DNA from: Gemmatimonadales bacterium
GTDB lineage: Bacteria > Gemmatimonadota > Gemmatimonadetes > Gemmatimonadales > GWC2-71-9
Length of the DNA: 64,000 nt
NCBI GenBank assembly: GCA_041615815.1
Contig: JBFJCP010000002.1
Coordinates: 128,001-192,000, forward strand
Direction of reading: 5' to 3'
Under the pieces are notes generated by a model. It was not told the origin of the DNA, ran no database searches, and saw only the letters and a program-made list of their open reading frames with translations. How positions within the stretch are numbered: the first letter of the stretch is position 1; each line of letters begins with the position of its first letter. Shown here piece by piece: positions 52,501 to 61,361 of this stretch. A program made the position numbers and the translations under genes.

Positions 52501-52973
52501 TGCGCCGGCGCATGCTGCGGCCGGAAACGGATTACAGCTATCCGCTGATTGCGCAGGGGCTCGCCGACATCATCGCCGAAGGCGGCTACGGCGCCATCGG
52601 GTCACATGGCGAGCACCACGGACCGGCTCCGCACTGGGAGATCTGGATGGCGGCGTCCGCCATGGGTCCACTCGAGGCGTTGCGCGTTGCGAGCGCGCAC
52701 GGCGCGCATTTCCTCGGCGCAGCCCAGGATCTGGGAACGCTCGAGAATGGGAAGCTCGCCGATCTCTTGGTTCTCAACGCGAATCCATTGGAGGATATCC
52801 GGAATACGATGGACATCCAGTATGTGATGAAGGGTGGGATCCTATATGAGGCAGACACCCTGGACGAGATCTGGCCCACCAATACGCCGTTCGGACCCTA
52901 TTACTGGGTGGACGACGATGCGCTGCGGGACGACGACCGGCCCGTGAACGTGTGGGATCCAGAGCGTGAGTAG
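49584..52973 (+). CDS. TolB/PD40 beta-propeller plus amidohydrolase fusion, exported
   Basis: Signal peptide; repeated P..SPDG motifs; PGFVDMHSH, GSHGE, GTLENGKLADL. Confidence 0.93.
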   Translation: MSRFLVTLWSPCRRALALLVSVLLTSTSGTAQEPDSAGVRDEDWDVTLARGATRNIDFTTSEGTWMSVDISRDGQWIVFDLLGHIYRVPAAGGEAQVLTQESGVAVNYHPRYSPDGAHIAFISDRNGQTNLWIMNADGSEPRAVFRDGNVRAALPAWTPDGQYLLVRRDYVGSSDEDAAPPGSRVEQGPQGREGIWMYHRDGGQGVALIGTEVSAATWPSVSPDGRHVYVQRRSGGRDALRGHYQIQRFDLQTGERMDVTAGDAEGPAAGRVTSGGGFAPEVSPDGRWLAYARQIPDGTVSFKGHRFGPRTALWLRNLETGAERLLMDPISLAIESGSKSLRILPGYAWAKDGRSLVLSQGGKIRRVHVATGQVTTIPFTARVQRTASEMAYQPFRITDEPFDATFLRWHTASPDGSRLAFQAVGRVWIMDIPDGSPRRLTADDSAIQEFAPAWSPDGQWIAYTTWDDTLGGHLWKIRARGGTPQRLTPEPGEFLHPAWNANASEIVMVRGSGATARKRTVTHNPWWDVVRVPAAGGAPTVVTRVAIPAGMGPNSVARRAIFRPSFGPQGRIFFPEFRRDGGLQTVLVSVRPDGSDRRDHLELPATDDAVPSPDGRWVAFQEGDNVFLTPLPFAGTGSEPVSLDKRRGKLPVTQVSRAGGLFPTWRDSNTIEFGSGNQHLTYRLRDKSADTVTVRLSVPRRVPQGRIAFTGARIVTLQGDQVIESGTVVVEGSRIACVGTCEAAGAARTIDASGKTIIPGFVDMHSHHFREHRGYRPLRDYEVAMYLAYGVTTNLDNSMWAQNVFPSAELIEAGRMIGPRTFSTGDPLYGFGDGARQNVLRDYETTEHEIDRLAKWGAVSLKQYMQPRRDQRQWVSDVARKRGLMVTAEGGDLFYNIGMVLDGQTGWEHPMSYIPLYGDAATFFGRAGIVYSPTFVVAGPGPYNIEHFFAESDVWRDPKHRRWMPWRQMTGHLRRRMLRPETDYSYPLIAQGLADIIAEGGYGAIGSHGEHHGPAPHWEIWMAASAMGPLEALRVASAHGAHFLGAAQDLGTLENGKLADLLVLNANPLEDIRNTMDIQYVMKGGILYEADTLDEIWPTNTPFGPYYWVDDDALRDDDRPVNVWDPERE

Positions 52974-53037
52974 CGATCCGTCGGATCCGCAAGTAGGATT
53001 TGGCTTCGCCCCGACCCTCAACGACAGGATGTTTTCG

Positions 53038-55083
53038 ATGTCGTCGACGTTCCCCCAGTCGCTCGCCGCCGTGGTACTTGTTTTCGTGACACTTGCACCG
53101 TTATCGGCGCAACAAACCACTGCCATCCGTCTCGAGTCCAGCCCCAGCACGCTCTCGGCCACGGCAGGAGACTCCGTCCGCTTGCGGATCGTGGCCGTCG
53201 ATGCGCAAGGGAACCACGTCGATGCACCGGTGCGGCTCGCCGCTCCGCGGAGTTCGGTCAACGTCGTACCGTGGTACCGTAGCGGCTTCGTCCACGCCAT
53301 AGCAGCCGGCCAACACGAGATCGTTGCCTCGATCGTCAATCGTGACCCTCAGGCCACACCGGTGATGATCACGATACCCATCACGGTGCGGTGGCCACCG
53401 GTCACGCAGATCGTGATTCACCACGACGATGCCCGGCTCTATCAAGGGACGACGCTGCGTCATTGGGCCGAGGCGCTGCACGCCGACGGGTCGCGCCGTC
53501 CGGATGCCGCCATCGTCTGGCAGACTGGGACGCCGGGTATCGTGACCGTCGACCGGTTCGGATACGTCTCGGCAACGGGGACGGGCGCAGCGAGGATCGA
53601 AGCGAGCTTCAGCGGCATTCGTGGAACCATCCGGCACGACGTACGCCCGTTCCCCGCTGCAGCGCTGACGATCGACGGAGGCGTCGATGAAGTCCGGACC
53701 GGCGACGTGCAGCACTTCACGGCGGATGCGCGGGACGGTCGCGGACGCGCGGTCAGGGATCTTCCCATCACCTGGAGCTTTGATTTCACCCCAGCGGATG
53801 GCATCAAAGCACCGGCTGCGCCTGGACAGGTCAGGGCCGGCAAGTTCGTGGCGGACGTGCCCGGCCTCTATACGGTGCTGGCGTCCGCCGGGCCACTGAG
53901 CGCTCGGCAGTCGTTTCGTGTGTCACCGCGCGACGTGATTCGGCGCGTTCAGGTGCTCGGACAAGGGCGAATCCAAGACCATTACACGAGCGATTTCTGG
54001 GTCTTCGAGGGCTTGAACGGCCGGGATTACGCGCTCACCGGCTCACGTCAGGCGCAGAGTCACGCCTTCGTGTGGGATGTCACGGATCCCACGAACATCT
54101 TCAAGACCGATTCCATTCAAGTGGACGCCCGATCGGTGAATGACGTCAAAGTCTCGCCGAACGGCCGCTACGGTGTGATTAGCCGCGAGGGCGCATCGAC
54201 TCGTCGCAACGGCGTCGTGATCCTGGACCTCGCCGATCCGGCCCATCCCCGGATCGCCAGCACGTTCGACCAAGGACTGACCGGCGGCGTGCACAATGTG
54301 TTCGCCACCAACGACTATCTTTTCGCGCTCTCCGGAGGTGACAAGTACCTCATCTTGGATGTTCGCGACCTGGACAACCCCACGTACGTGAGCGAATACG
54401 ATCATCCCAACAGCCGAATCCACGACGTCTGGGTACATGATGGAATTGCGTACTCGGCTGAGTGGCAAACGGGCGTCGTGGTCGTGGACGTGGGAAATGG
54501 GCGCTGGGGCGGCTCCATCGAGAATCCCAAACTCGTGACCACCATCCCCATCCCCACGGGGCGGACGCATGCCGTCTTTCCTTATCATCAGGAATCCACC
54601 GGCAAGTTCTATCTCTTCGTGGGCGACGAGATCATCGGTCGGCGCGGCCTGGCGTGGGAAGGAACCGGCCCCGACGTTCGGATGCCGTACGATCCCAAAA
54701 CAGGCCGCGGCGGGTATCCCCGCGCCACTGCGGGCTACATCCAGATCGTCGACTTCACCGACCCCGAGCAACCCGAAATGGTGGCTCGTTACGAGGTGAG
54801 CGAGTACGGTACCCACAACATGTGGATCGAGAACGATATCCTCTACCAGGCCTACTACGAGGGCGGGGTCCGAATGGTGGACGTGTCCGGAGACCTCATG
54901 GGCAACCTGTATACCCAGGGCCGCGAGATCGCCGTGTTCAAGGCGCACGATCCCATTGGCTGGATCCCCAACGCGCCGGCCGCCTGGTCCGTCATCCCTT
55001 ATAAGGGGAACATCTTCTTCTCGGACAACACCAGCGGGTTGTGGTCGATCAAACTGCAGCCCAAAGAAGACCTGATGCCATGA
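53038..55083 (+). CDS. Ig-like domain plus LVIVD-repeat beta-propeller protein
   Basis: Signal peptide; Ig-like segments; ILDLADPAHP, ILDVRDLDNP and IVDFTDPEQP repeats; alternative start GTG 52966. Confidence 0.85.
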   Translation: MSSTFPQSLAAVVLVFVTLAPLSAQQTTAIRLESSPSTLSATAGDSVRLRIVAVDAQGNHVDAPVRLAAPRSSVNVVPWYRSGFVHAIAAGQHEIVASIVNRDPQATPVMITIPITVRWPPVTQIVIHHDDARLYQGTTLRHWAEALHADGSRRPDAAIVWQTGTPGIVTVDRFGYVSATGTGAARIEASFSGIRGTIRHDVRPFPAAALTIDGGVDEVRTGDVQHFTADARDGRGRAVRDLPITWSFDFTPADGIKAPAAPGQVRAGKFVADVPGLYTVLASAGPLSARQSFRVSPRDVIRRVQVLGQGRIQDHYTSDFWVFEGLNGRDYALTGSRQAQSHAFVWDVTDPTNIFKTDSIQVDARSVNDVKVSPNGRYGVISREGASTRRNGVVILDLADPAHPRIASTFDQGLTGGVHNVFATNDYLFALSGGDKYLILDVRDLDNPTYVSEYDHPNSRIHDVWVHDGIAYSAEWQTGVVVVDVGNGRWGGSIENPKLVTTIPIPTGRTHAVFPYHQESTGKFYLFVGDEIIGRRGLAWEGTGPDVRMPYDPKTGRGGYPRATAGYIQIVDFTDPEQPEMVARYEVSEYGTHNMWIENDILYQAYYEGGVRMVDVSGDLMGNLYTQGREIAVFKAHDPIGWIPNAPAAWSVIPYKGNIFFSDNTSGLWSIKLQPKEDLMP

Positions 55084-55174
55084 TGCTTGGGAGGCTGGAA
55101 GATCGGACGCACTGGAAAGCTAGAAGGCGCCAGACGCTCCCAACGTGTGGTAGACGTTCCAGCGTTCTCGCCTC

Positions 55175-56284
55175 CTAGCGTTCTTCCGTCTTCCAGAACG
55201 CGATCCCCCCCGCCTGCTGTCCCACCTCGACCGATGCTACGAGCGTCAACGTGCCCACGTCGACGACGTCGACCTTCCCGGGTTGGGCCCCCACGTTCTC
55301 CACAGTGACAAAAGCGTAGCGGCCGTCCGGTGACACGACGACGCCGTGCGTCACCGTGCCGGTGGACGGCACAACGGCGCGACTCCGGCCGGATGCGAGA
55401 TCGAAGAACTGTACCGCCCCACCCTGCTTGAGGGTGACGATGAGCGTGTTCCCATCTGGCGTTACCGCCAGGTTGTAGGGGCCGCGGCCGGTGGGGAACC
55501 GCCGGAGGAGCGTCCAGCGATCGACGGCGACTTCGAGGATCTCGTCGCTCTTGTTGCACGCCACGTAGATGCGGTCACCGGATGGGAGCGGTGCGGCCCA
55601 TGTGGGGCCGCAGGCAGCTGCGGCGCCCCGGCGACTCGACCCGTGCGTCGCCGCGGCAACACCGCGCTCTTGCCCAGGTACGACCGTGAAGCGGCGAGAC
55701 ACTTGAAACGTGCGGGTGTCGAGCTCCACCACCTCGTCGTCTCTGACACAAGCGGAATACGCGACGAGACCGTTCGGGTGGATACGCATACCATGCGGCT
55801 GGGTGCACGTCGTCGTCTGCGCGACCTCCACCATCTCCGGTGTGAACACCACCGAAATGGTGGATGGCTCGGGAGCGCCGTGGAGATTGAAGTTGGCCAC
55901 GAATGCGTAGAGGCCATCGGGTGTCAGGTCCAGCGTGGCGGGAAAGCGACCGAGGAAGGTGGAGGTTCCCACGGCGGTGTCGGGACCGGTAGCGATTTTC
56001 CAAAACTTGCCGTCCGGAATCCCGTGACCGGTCGTCATGTAAAGGAAACGCCCATCGGGCGAGGTCCGGAGTCCGTGGGGTCCTTCGGTTTCTGAAAAGA
56101 ACTCGCCAACCTCGGTAGTGCGCTCCACAGTGGCATCCCCCGACCCAAACCGGACACGGTGTAAGAGATCGGCGGATTCGGCAGCCACATAGACCCAGTA
56201 GGACCGAGACGTCCGCTGGGCTGGTACGTCCGCGGCTGTCGAGCAGATCAACAATCCCAGCAGAAGACCGTTGCGGAGCCACAC
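55175..56284 (-). CDS. YncE/YVTN-like beta-propeller protein
   Basis: Repeated PHG..SPDG..Y blades; signal peptide. Confidence 0.85.
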   Translation of the reverse strand: MWLRNGLLLGLLICSTAADVPAQRTSRSYWVYVAAESADLLHRVRFGSGDATVERTTEVGEFFSETEGPHGLRTSPDGRFLYMTTGHGIPDGKFWKIATGPDTAVGTSTFLGRFPATLDLTPDGLYAFVANFNLHGAPEPSTISVVFTPEMVEVAQTTTCTQPHGMRIHPNGLVAYSACVRDDEVVELDTRTFQVSRRFTVVPGQERGVAAATHGSSRRGAAAACGPTWAAPLPSGDRIYVACNKSDEILEVAVDRWTLLRRFPTGRGPYNLAVTPDGNTLIVTLKQGGAVQFFDLASGRSRAVVPSTGTVTHGVVVSPDGRYAFVTVENVGAQPGKVDVVDVGTLTLVASVEVGQQAGGIAFWKTEER

Positions 56285-56290
56285 GGCGCG

Positions 56291-56821
56291 CTAATCCTCC
56301 TCGTCCAATTCGTCGGGCGCCGCCCGCAAGTACACGATGTAGTCCAACCCCGGCGGTTCCAGATCGATGCCCCGCAGCGTCGCGAGAATCTGGGCTCGGT
56401 GATGGGTGGAGTGGTTGAGCACGTGGGCCACGATCTGGATGAGTGTGTGTTGGTACCGCTCGCCCCGGGTATTCTGGTAGGATACGATCCGCGCGAAATC
56501 CATCGGGGTGAGAGACTCGAGGTATGTCTCCCAGCTCCCGCGAGCACGGTCGAGTAACGGCGGCAACTCAGACAGCGAGCGGGTGCCCCAGACCGGCTGC
56601 ATCTTCTCCCCGGAATCGCGGATGCGTCCCAACCAGAGCAGCTCACTCGCCAAGAGATGGCCAAACAAGCGGTGGGCGCGGTCGAGCCCAGCCTGCACTG
56701 ACAAACTGCGCCCCCCCGCTTGCCCTTTGAGAAAGCTCAGCAACATGCGATTGGCCCACCAGTCATGGCGGAAACGTTCCAGGAAATGGTTGCGAAACAG
56801 ACCGAGGTCCTGTTCGCTCAT
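56291..56821 (-). CDS. DinB family protein
   Basis: WAN, HLLASELLW, HVLNHSTHHRAQ. Confidence 0.9.
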   Translation of the reverse strand: MSEQDLGLFRNHFLERFRHDWWANRMLLSFLKGQAGGRSLSVQAGLDRAHRLFGHLLASELLWLGRIRDSGEKMQPVWGTRSLSELPPLLDRARGSWETYLESLTPMDFARIVSYQNTRGERYQHTLIQIVAHVLNHSTHHRAQILATLRGIDLEPPGLDYIVYLRAAPDELDEED

Positions 56822-57190
56822 CGGCGTAACCCCCAGGCGAACGTCGCCACAGAAGACTAGGGGAACACGGGACCGTTGGCCAGCGTCCCTCGCTCCTTCC
56901 GGGCACTCCAAGTTGACCCGTACTTGACCGGGCCTCACTACTCATTCTCGAGAGAACCTCCCCCACCCCGGGAACGCAAACGACGAGGTGATCACTGCCC
57001 GAGCCCTCCGTTTGTGCTCAGGCGTTGGATCGGTCGCGCCGGTCGCCGACCGGTGCTCGAGACGTCGAGCTCGTGGCGGTTGCCACGCGGCGTCGCGGCG
57101 TCGTCTTTGCTCCGCGCGGTTGTGGCCAGGGAACGGACGCGAAGGTGGCGGACGGCCACTTGGCCCGCGACGCGCATTCCGATTGCCGAC

Positions 57191-57484
57191 GTGGTTAAGT
57201 CCCAAGCCGTGCAGATCCGTGCGTTCGTGACCGTCGTCATCGCCGGAGGACTGCTCGCTCCGCTACCGGATCCGGCTCCGGATTACCTCTCCGGTGTCGA
57301 GAAACCGACGTTACACCGAAGGCCAGCCGAAGCAACCGACGAACGTGCGCGTCCGAGTCGCCTACGGGTGCCAAGCGCCGTGCAGCTCGACTCGTTGCCG
57401 CTCGCGGAGCTTCACCGTTTCGGGATCGTGATGCGACCGGAAACATGCCAGCGACGCGGGGCGGCGCCACACGTTTATTGCTAA
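57191..57484 (+). CDS. possible small exported hypothetical protein
   Basis: 3' half of track ORF 56876..57484; hydrophobic AFVTVVIAGGLLA near the start and two C-terminal Cys; no recognisable homology. Confidence 0.3.
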   Translation: MVKSQAVQIRAFVTVVIAGGLLAPLPDPAPDYLSGVEKPTLHRRPAEATDERARPSRLRVPSAVQLDSLPLAELHRFGIVMRPETCQRRGAAPHVYC

Positions 57485-57657
57485 CGCTTCCTCGGCCCCA
57501 AGGCAGGTCCTGACGGCCACTTACCCGATCCCTGCCGTGTTGCGGGTCCCCCACGAGTGTAGTAACCGAAGTGAGGACCGCCGGAGACGTGGAACCGCCG
57601 CGACATCGCAAACCGCCTATTTCTCTCGCAGAATCCCGTCAAATCAGGGTCGAATCA

Positions 57658-57673
57658 CGGCACAAGGGTTGCA
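57658..57673 (+). promoter_or_regulatory. putative sigma-54 -24/-12 promoter
   Basis: CGGCACAAGGGTTGCA, GG-N10-GC, about 190 nt upstream of ATG 57861. Confidence 0.65.
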
Positions 57674-57860
57674 CCAGCAATCCACAGCGTCCCGCTCGGA
57701 CGCTCGCCGAAGCGAGCCCTCGGTCGTGTAGGCGTGCGGCGGGTACGCCCAGTCCCGCGCGTCGTGCGCGCCCGAGCGGTGAACAGTCGGTTCCGTCCGA
57801 GCACCGAACGTCTGGTGTCGCCGGAAGCCCCCGGAAGCAAGCGGGGGCGGGAGTCGTATC

Positions 57861-58775
57861 ATGTGGTATCTCATCGGAGAAATCCTCGCCGCGCTCGTCT
57901 TCGGGCTCCTGATTGGGGCAGCCATTGGCTGGGTATTCCGCGATCAGCGGGCCAAGAAGGATCTGAACGAGCTCAACACGTACTGGCTCACGACCAAACG
58001 GCGGTTGGAATCCCGCCTCACGGAGTTTCGTGAGCACCTGCAGCAGGCCGATCAGCGGCACTCACACTTGGAGCGCACGCTGGACGAGAAGCTGTCGGCC
58101 CTCAAGCGGGTCGCCGGCGACCTTGGCACCGCGGAAAGGCAGGTGACCGACCTCGAGTCACAGGTCGTGGTGCTGCAGTTGGAGCATCGTGCCTTGGCCA
58201 GGCATCTCGAAGCGACGGGTGGCCGCGGCCGCGAGTTGGAGGAGGCGCTCCAGATGGCCCAACAACGCGTGGCGGAGTACGAGCCCCTGGTGGCCGAGTG
58301 CACCGAGCGCGAGGCCAGGATCGAGGAGCTCTCATCGTTGGTCGCATCCGCCGATACCCGCATTGCTCAGATCGAGACTGAGTATCAGTCCGAGATGGAG
58401 CAAGTCGAAGCGACGCATCGGCGAGAACTCGAGGCCAAAGACAAGCGCATCGAGCGGTTGCAGGCCGAGCTGCAGCAGATCAAAGAGGCCGTGGGCGCCG
58501 GTACCAGCGGCGGCAATGGCCGAAACGGCAGGAACGGCAGACGGAGCGGCAATCGTATCGCCGCGTCTCCGGACAACCTGCAGCAGATCCGTGGCATCGG
58601 CCAGGGCATCGAGAAGGTGCTCAACCGGATGGGTATCCACACCTTCGAGCAGATCGCCGACTGGAGCCCCGAAGAGATGGAACGGGTCTCCGAAGAGTTG
58701 GGGCCGCTCCAGAACCGCATCAACCGCGACCGCTGGGTGGCGCAGGCTCGGAAACTGGCCAAGACGAAGGCGTAG
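57861..58775 (+). CDS. membrane-anchored coiled-coil protein with C-terminal helix-hairpin-helix domain (COG3743-like)
   Basis: N-terminal TM, long heptad region, DNLQQIRGIGQGIEKVLNRMGIHTFEQIA.W...RI.RD.WVAQA. Confidence 0.85.
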   Translation: MWYLIGEILAALVFGLLIGAAIGWVFRDQRAKKDLNELNTYWLTTKRRLESRLTEFREHLQQADQRHSHLERTLDEKLSALKRVAGDLGTAERQVTDLESQVVVLQLEHRALARHLEATGGRGRELEEALQMAQQRVAEYEPLVAECTEREARIEELSSLVASADTRIAQIETEYQSEMEQVEATHRRELEAKDKRIERLQAELQQIKEAVGAGTSGGNGRNGRNGRRSGNRIAASPDNLQQIRGIGQGIEKVLNRMGIHTFEQIADWSPEEMERVSEELGPLQNRINRDRWVAQARKLAKTKA

Positions 58776-58799
58776 TCAGTCCAGCGATACCAGACACAG

Positions 58800-58830
58800 A
58801 AAGCCCGCTCCAACACGGAGCGGGCTTTTT
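58800..58830 (+). terminator. intrinsic terminator, likely bidirectional
   Basis: AAAGCCCGCTCC-AACAC-GGAGCGGGCTTTTT between convergent genes. Confidence 0.88.
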
Positions 58831-58842
58831 GCGTCGCATGGC

Positions 58843-60012
58843 TCATCCCACGAACTCTCGGAGAACCGTGAGCAACCGCTCGGCATCGGATTGCTCGTTG
58901 TAGACGTGTGGCGAAACGCGGATGGCGTCGCCACGGACGCTCACGAACACCTGCTTCTCCATGAGGCGTTGCGGTAGCGCTCCGGGAATTCCGTGCGGAA
59001 GCCGCACACCGAGCATGTGGCCAACGCGATGACTCGACGGAAGTACCGCACATCCCACTGCTTCGGCCTCCGCTGCCACAAAATCTGTGAATCGGCGCAG
59101 CGTTGCGGCAACCCGCTCGACCCCCCATTCCAGAAGCTGCAAAAGGGCTGTGCAAGCCATGGGCGCGAGAACAAACTGTGGGTATTCGCCCATATCGAAG
59201 CGCCGCGCACCCGGCCGGTAGGTGTCCACGTAATCCACGAGGCCGGCGAAATCCTCGGCACCGGCCCGCGTCAACCACGACGCCTCCAAGGGTTGTCCCA
59301 CCTCGCGCCATTTGGGGCTGGCGTAGAGGTAACCGAGACCGTACGGACCGAGCTGCCACTTGTATCCCACGGACACCAAGAAGTCCGGCTGCACGGCGGC
59401 GACATCGAGGGGATAGGCACCCAGCGATTGGCTCGCGTCCACGACCAGGGCCGCCCCCACGGCACGGGCGTGCGCTCCGACCTTCACGAGATCGACGAGC
59501 GCGCCGTCCGTCCAATGGCAATTCGGGACCGCAACGACCGCGGTCTCCTCATCGATGGCGTCGAGAACGGCGTGCGTCCATGCATCGGATGGTGTCTTTC
59601 GCACGGTACGCACGGTAGCGCCGCATGCATGGGCTCGCTCACGCCAGGCGTAGACGTTGGACGGGAATTGTTCGCTCAGCATCACCACGTTTTGCCCCCG
59701 ATAGAGCGGGACGTTCGCCGCGGCGACGGCGACGCCGTAACTCACCGCGGGGACGAGGGCAATGCCGTCGGTATCAGCGCCCATGAGCCGCGCCGCCGCG
59801 GCTCTCAGCGCTTCGGCCTCCGTGAACCAATCCGGCGCTCGCGTCTTCCACGGGGCCTTCTTCCGCGTGACGGCGGCGAGGCCGGCGACCGTCACGGCGC
59901 GAAGCTGGGGTGACATGTTGGCGCAGTTAAGGAATGCCACGCCCCGCGGAAGATCGAAGAGGGCGCGTTGTGGAGGGAGGGAGTCTGGCACTTTACTGGC
60001 TATATCACTCAT
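58843..60012 (-). CDS. aminotransferase class V PLP enzyme (no desulfurase catalytic Cys motif)
   Basis: FLNCA, QFPSN, VDASQSLG, VGYKWQLGP, IRVSPH.YN. Confidence 0.92.
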   Translation of the reverse strand: MSDIASKVPDSLPPQRALFDLPRGVAFLNCANMSPQLRAVTVAGLAAVTRKKAPWKTRAPDWFTEAEALRAAAARLMGADTDGIALVPAVSYGVAVAAANVPLYRGQNVVMLSEQFPSNVYAWRERAHACGATVRTVRKTPSDAWTHAVLDAIDEETAVVAVPNCHWTDGALVDLVKVGAHARAVGAALVVDASQSLGAYPLDVAAVQPDFLVSVGYKWQLGPYGLGYLYASPKWREVGQPLEASWLTRAGAEDFAGLVDYVDTYRPGARRFDMGEYPQFVLAPMACTALLQLLEWGVERVAATLRRFTDFVAAEAEAVGCAVLPSSHRVGHMLGVRLPHGIPGALPQRLMEKQVFVSVRGDAIRVSPHVYNEQSDAERLLTVLREFVG

Positions 60013-60020
60013 GCCAGTTT

Positions 60021-60049
60021 ATGATACACGAGCCTACTTTACTAGTCAA
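60021..60049 (-). promoter_or_regulatory. sigma-70-type promoter of the class V aminotransferase
   Basis: Minus strand TTGACT-17 nt-TATCAT, 8 nt before the ATG (near-leaderless). Confidence 0.75.
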
Positions 60050-60059
60050 GAGATAAAAG

Positions 60060-60713
60060 ATGGTAAAGCCAAATGGCGTTCCGGCCCTTTCCCTCGACCC
60101 CGGCGACTACGGTGGCACGTACAAGCTCATCGGTGGCCGCGTAAGCTTGGACTTCGTCAACACGGTGAGCTATCCCGGCACCGACCACCCACACGATTGG
60201 CTCGATCGGCCGGCCAACGTGCTGGCCTGGGCTCTCGCCGTCGATCTCATCGATCAGACTACCGCGCGGTCGTTGGCCCGTCGGACGGCAGCCCATCCGC
60301 GAAGCACAGCTCATGCGCTCGAACGGATTCGCCAACGGCGCGCGACGATCACTGCGGCCTTGTCACCACTCGCGCGCGGTAAACTCCCGGCTCGGGACGA
60401 CGTGGATGCGCTCAACCAGCTCCTGATCGCCGCGCGCGGACAACACGTCATCGATCCCGCCACACTCGAGTGGTGCTGGGAGCCGCCTCAGCGGCTCGAT
60501 GACATCGTTCGACCCGTGATCCTCGACACCGCAGACGTTTTGACTTCCGGCGACCACTCCCGTATCCATCACTGCCCCGCGTGTCAGTGGCTGTTTTATG
60601 ACGGTACCCGCAACCGCAGTCGCCGCTGGTGCGCGATGGCCGACTGCGGTAGCCGCGACAAGGCACTCCGTTATTATCACCGCCACCGGCGGCAACGCCA
60701 CGCGGGCGAATGA
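60060..60713 (+). CDS. ABATE domain / CGNR zinc-finger transcriptional regulator
   Basis: SLDFVNT; CPACQWLFYDGTRNRSRRWCAMADCGSRDK. Confidence 0.93.
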   Translation: MVKPNGVPALSLDPGDYGGTYKLIGGRVSLDFVNTVSYPGTDHPHDWLDRPANVLAWALAVDLIDQTTARSLARRTAAHPRSTAHALERIRQRRATITAALSPLARGKLPARDDVDALNQLLIAARGQHVIDPATLEWCWEPPQRLDDIVRPVILDTADVLTSGDHSRIHHCPACQWLFYDGTRNRSRRWCAMADCGSRDKALRYYHRHRRQRHAGE

Positions 60714-60792
60714 GCCTCGCTCGCCAGCGGTCGGAGTCGGACGCGAGCGGAGAACGCGTTGAAACCACCATTACTGTCGAGGTCAGCAACGT

Positions 60793-61194
60793 ATGCAAGT
60801 GGTCGGCATTGTGACGCTCGTCGTCCGCGACTACGATGAAGCAATCCAGTATTTCACGCAGAAGCTCGGATTTGCCCTGCTGGAGGACACGCCACGCGAA
60901 GGAGACAAGCGGTGGGTTGTGGTGGCGCCGCCGACCTCGCAAGGGGCTGGCCTCCTGTTGGCGCGGGCGGCCACGCCCGAACAGGAAGCCTGCGTCGGCC
61001 GTCAGACCGGCGGACGTGTCTTTCTGTTTCTCCACACGGACGACTTCGCCGCGGACTATCAGGCGATGCAGGCGAGGGGCGTGCGGTTCGTGGAGGCACC
61101 CCGCAACGAGGCGTATGGTACGGTTGTCGTTTTCGAGGACCTGTACGGCAATCGGTGGGACCTGCTGCAGCCGCTGGTGGACCCCGTGCGCTGA
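60793..61194 (+). CDS. VOC family (glyoxalase/bleomycin-resistance) protein
   Basis: VRDYDEAIQYF..KLGF, KRWVVV, GRQTGGRVF, FEDLYGNRWDL. Confidence 0.93.
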   Translation: MQVVGIVTLVVRDYDEAIQYFTQKLGFALLEDTPREGDKRWVVVAPPTSQGAGLLLARAATPEQEACVGRQTGGRVFLFLHTDDFAADYQAMQARGVRFVEAPRNEAYGTVVVFEDLYGNRWDLLQPLVDPVR

Positions 61195-61361
61195 CTGGCA
61201 ATCGCCCCCTCCTCAAGCACGGCTCGGCTATTCAGCGCCTTCGCCCGACGTGCCCCAGGCCACCACGACAATGCATGCCCCGCTCAGGGGCAGCAAAGTG
61301 CGCGCCCCAGGCGGAGCGGGCGTCATCGTGGCCTCATACCCTCAAACCTACCACCCGCCTC

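Noticed and set aside
58505..58555. 9-bp GRN-coding repeats
   Set aside because: Ordinary low-complexity linker within a CDS
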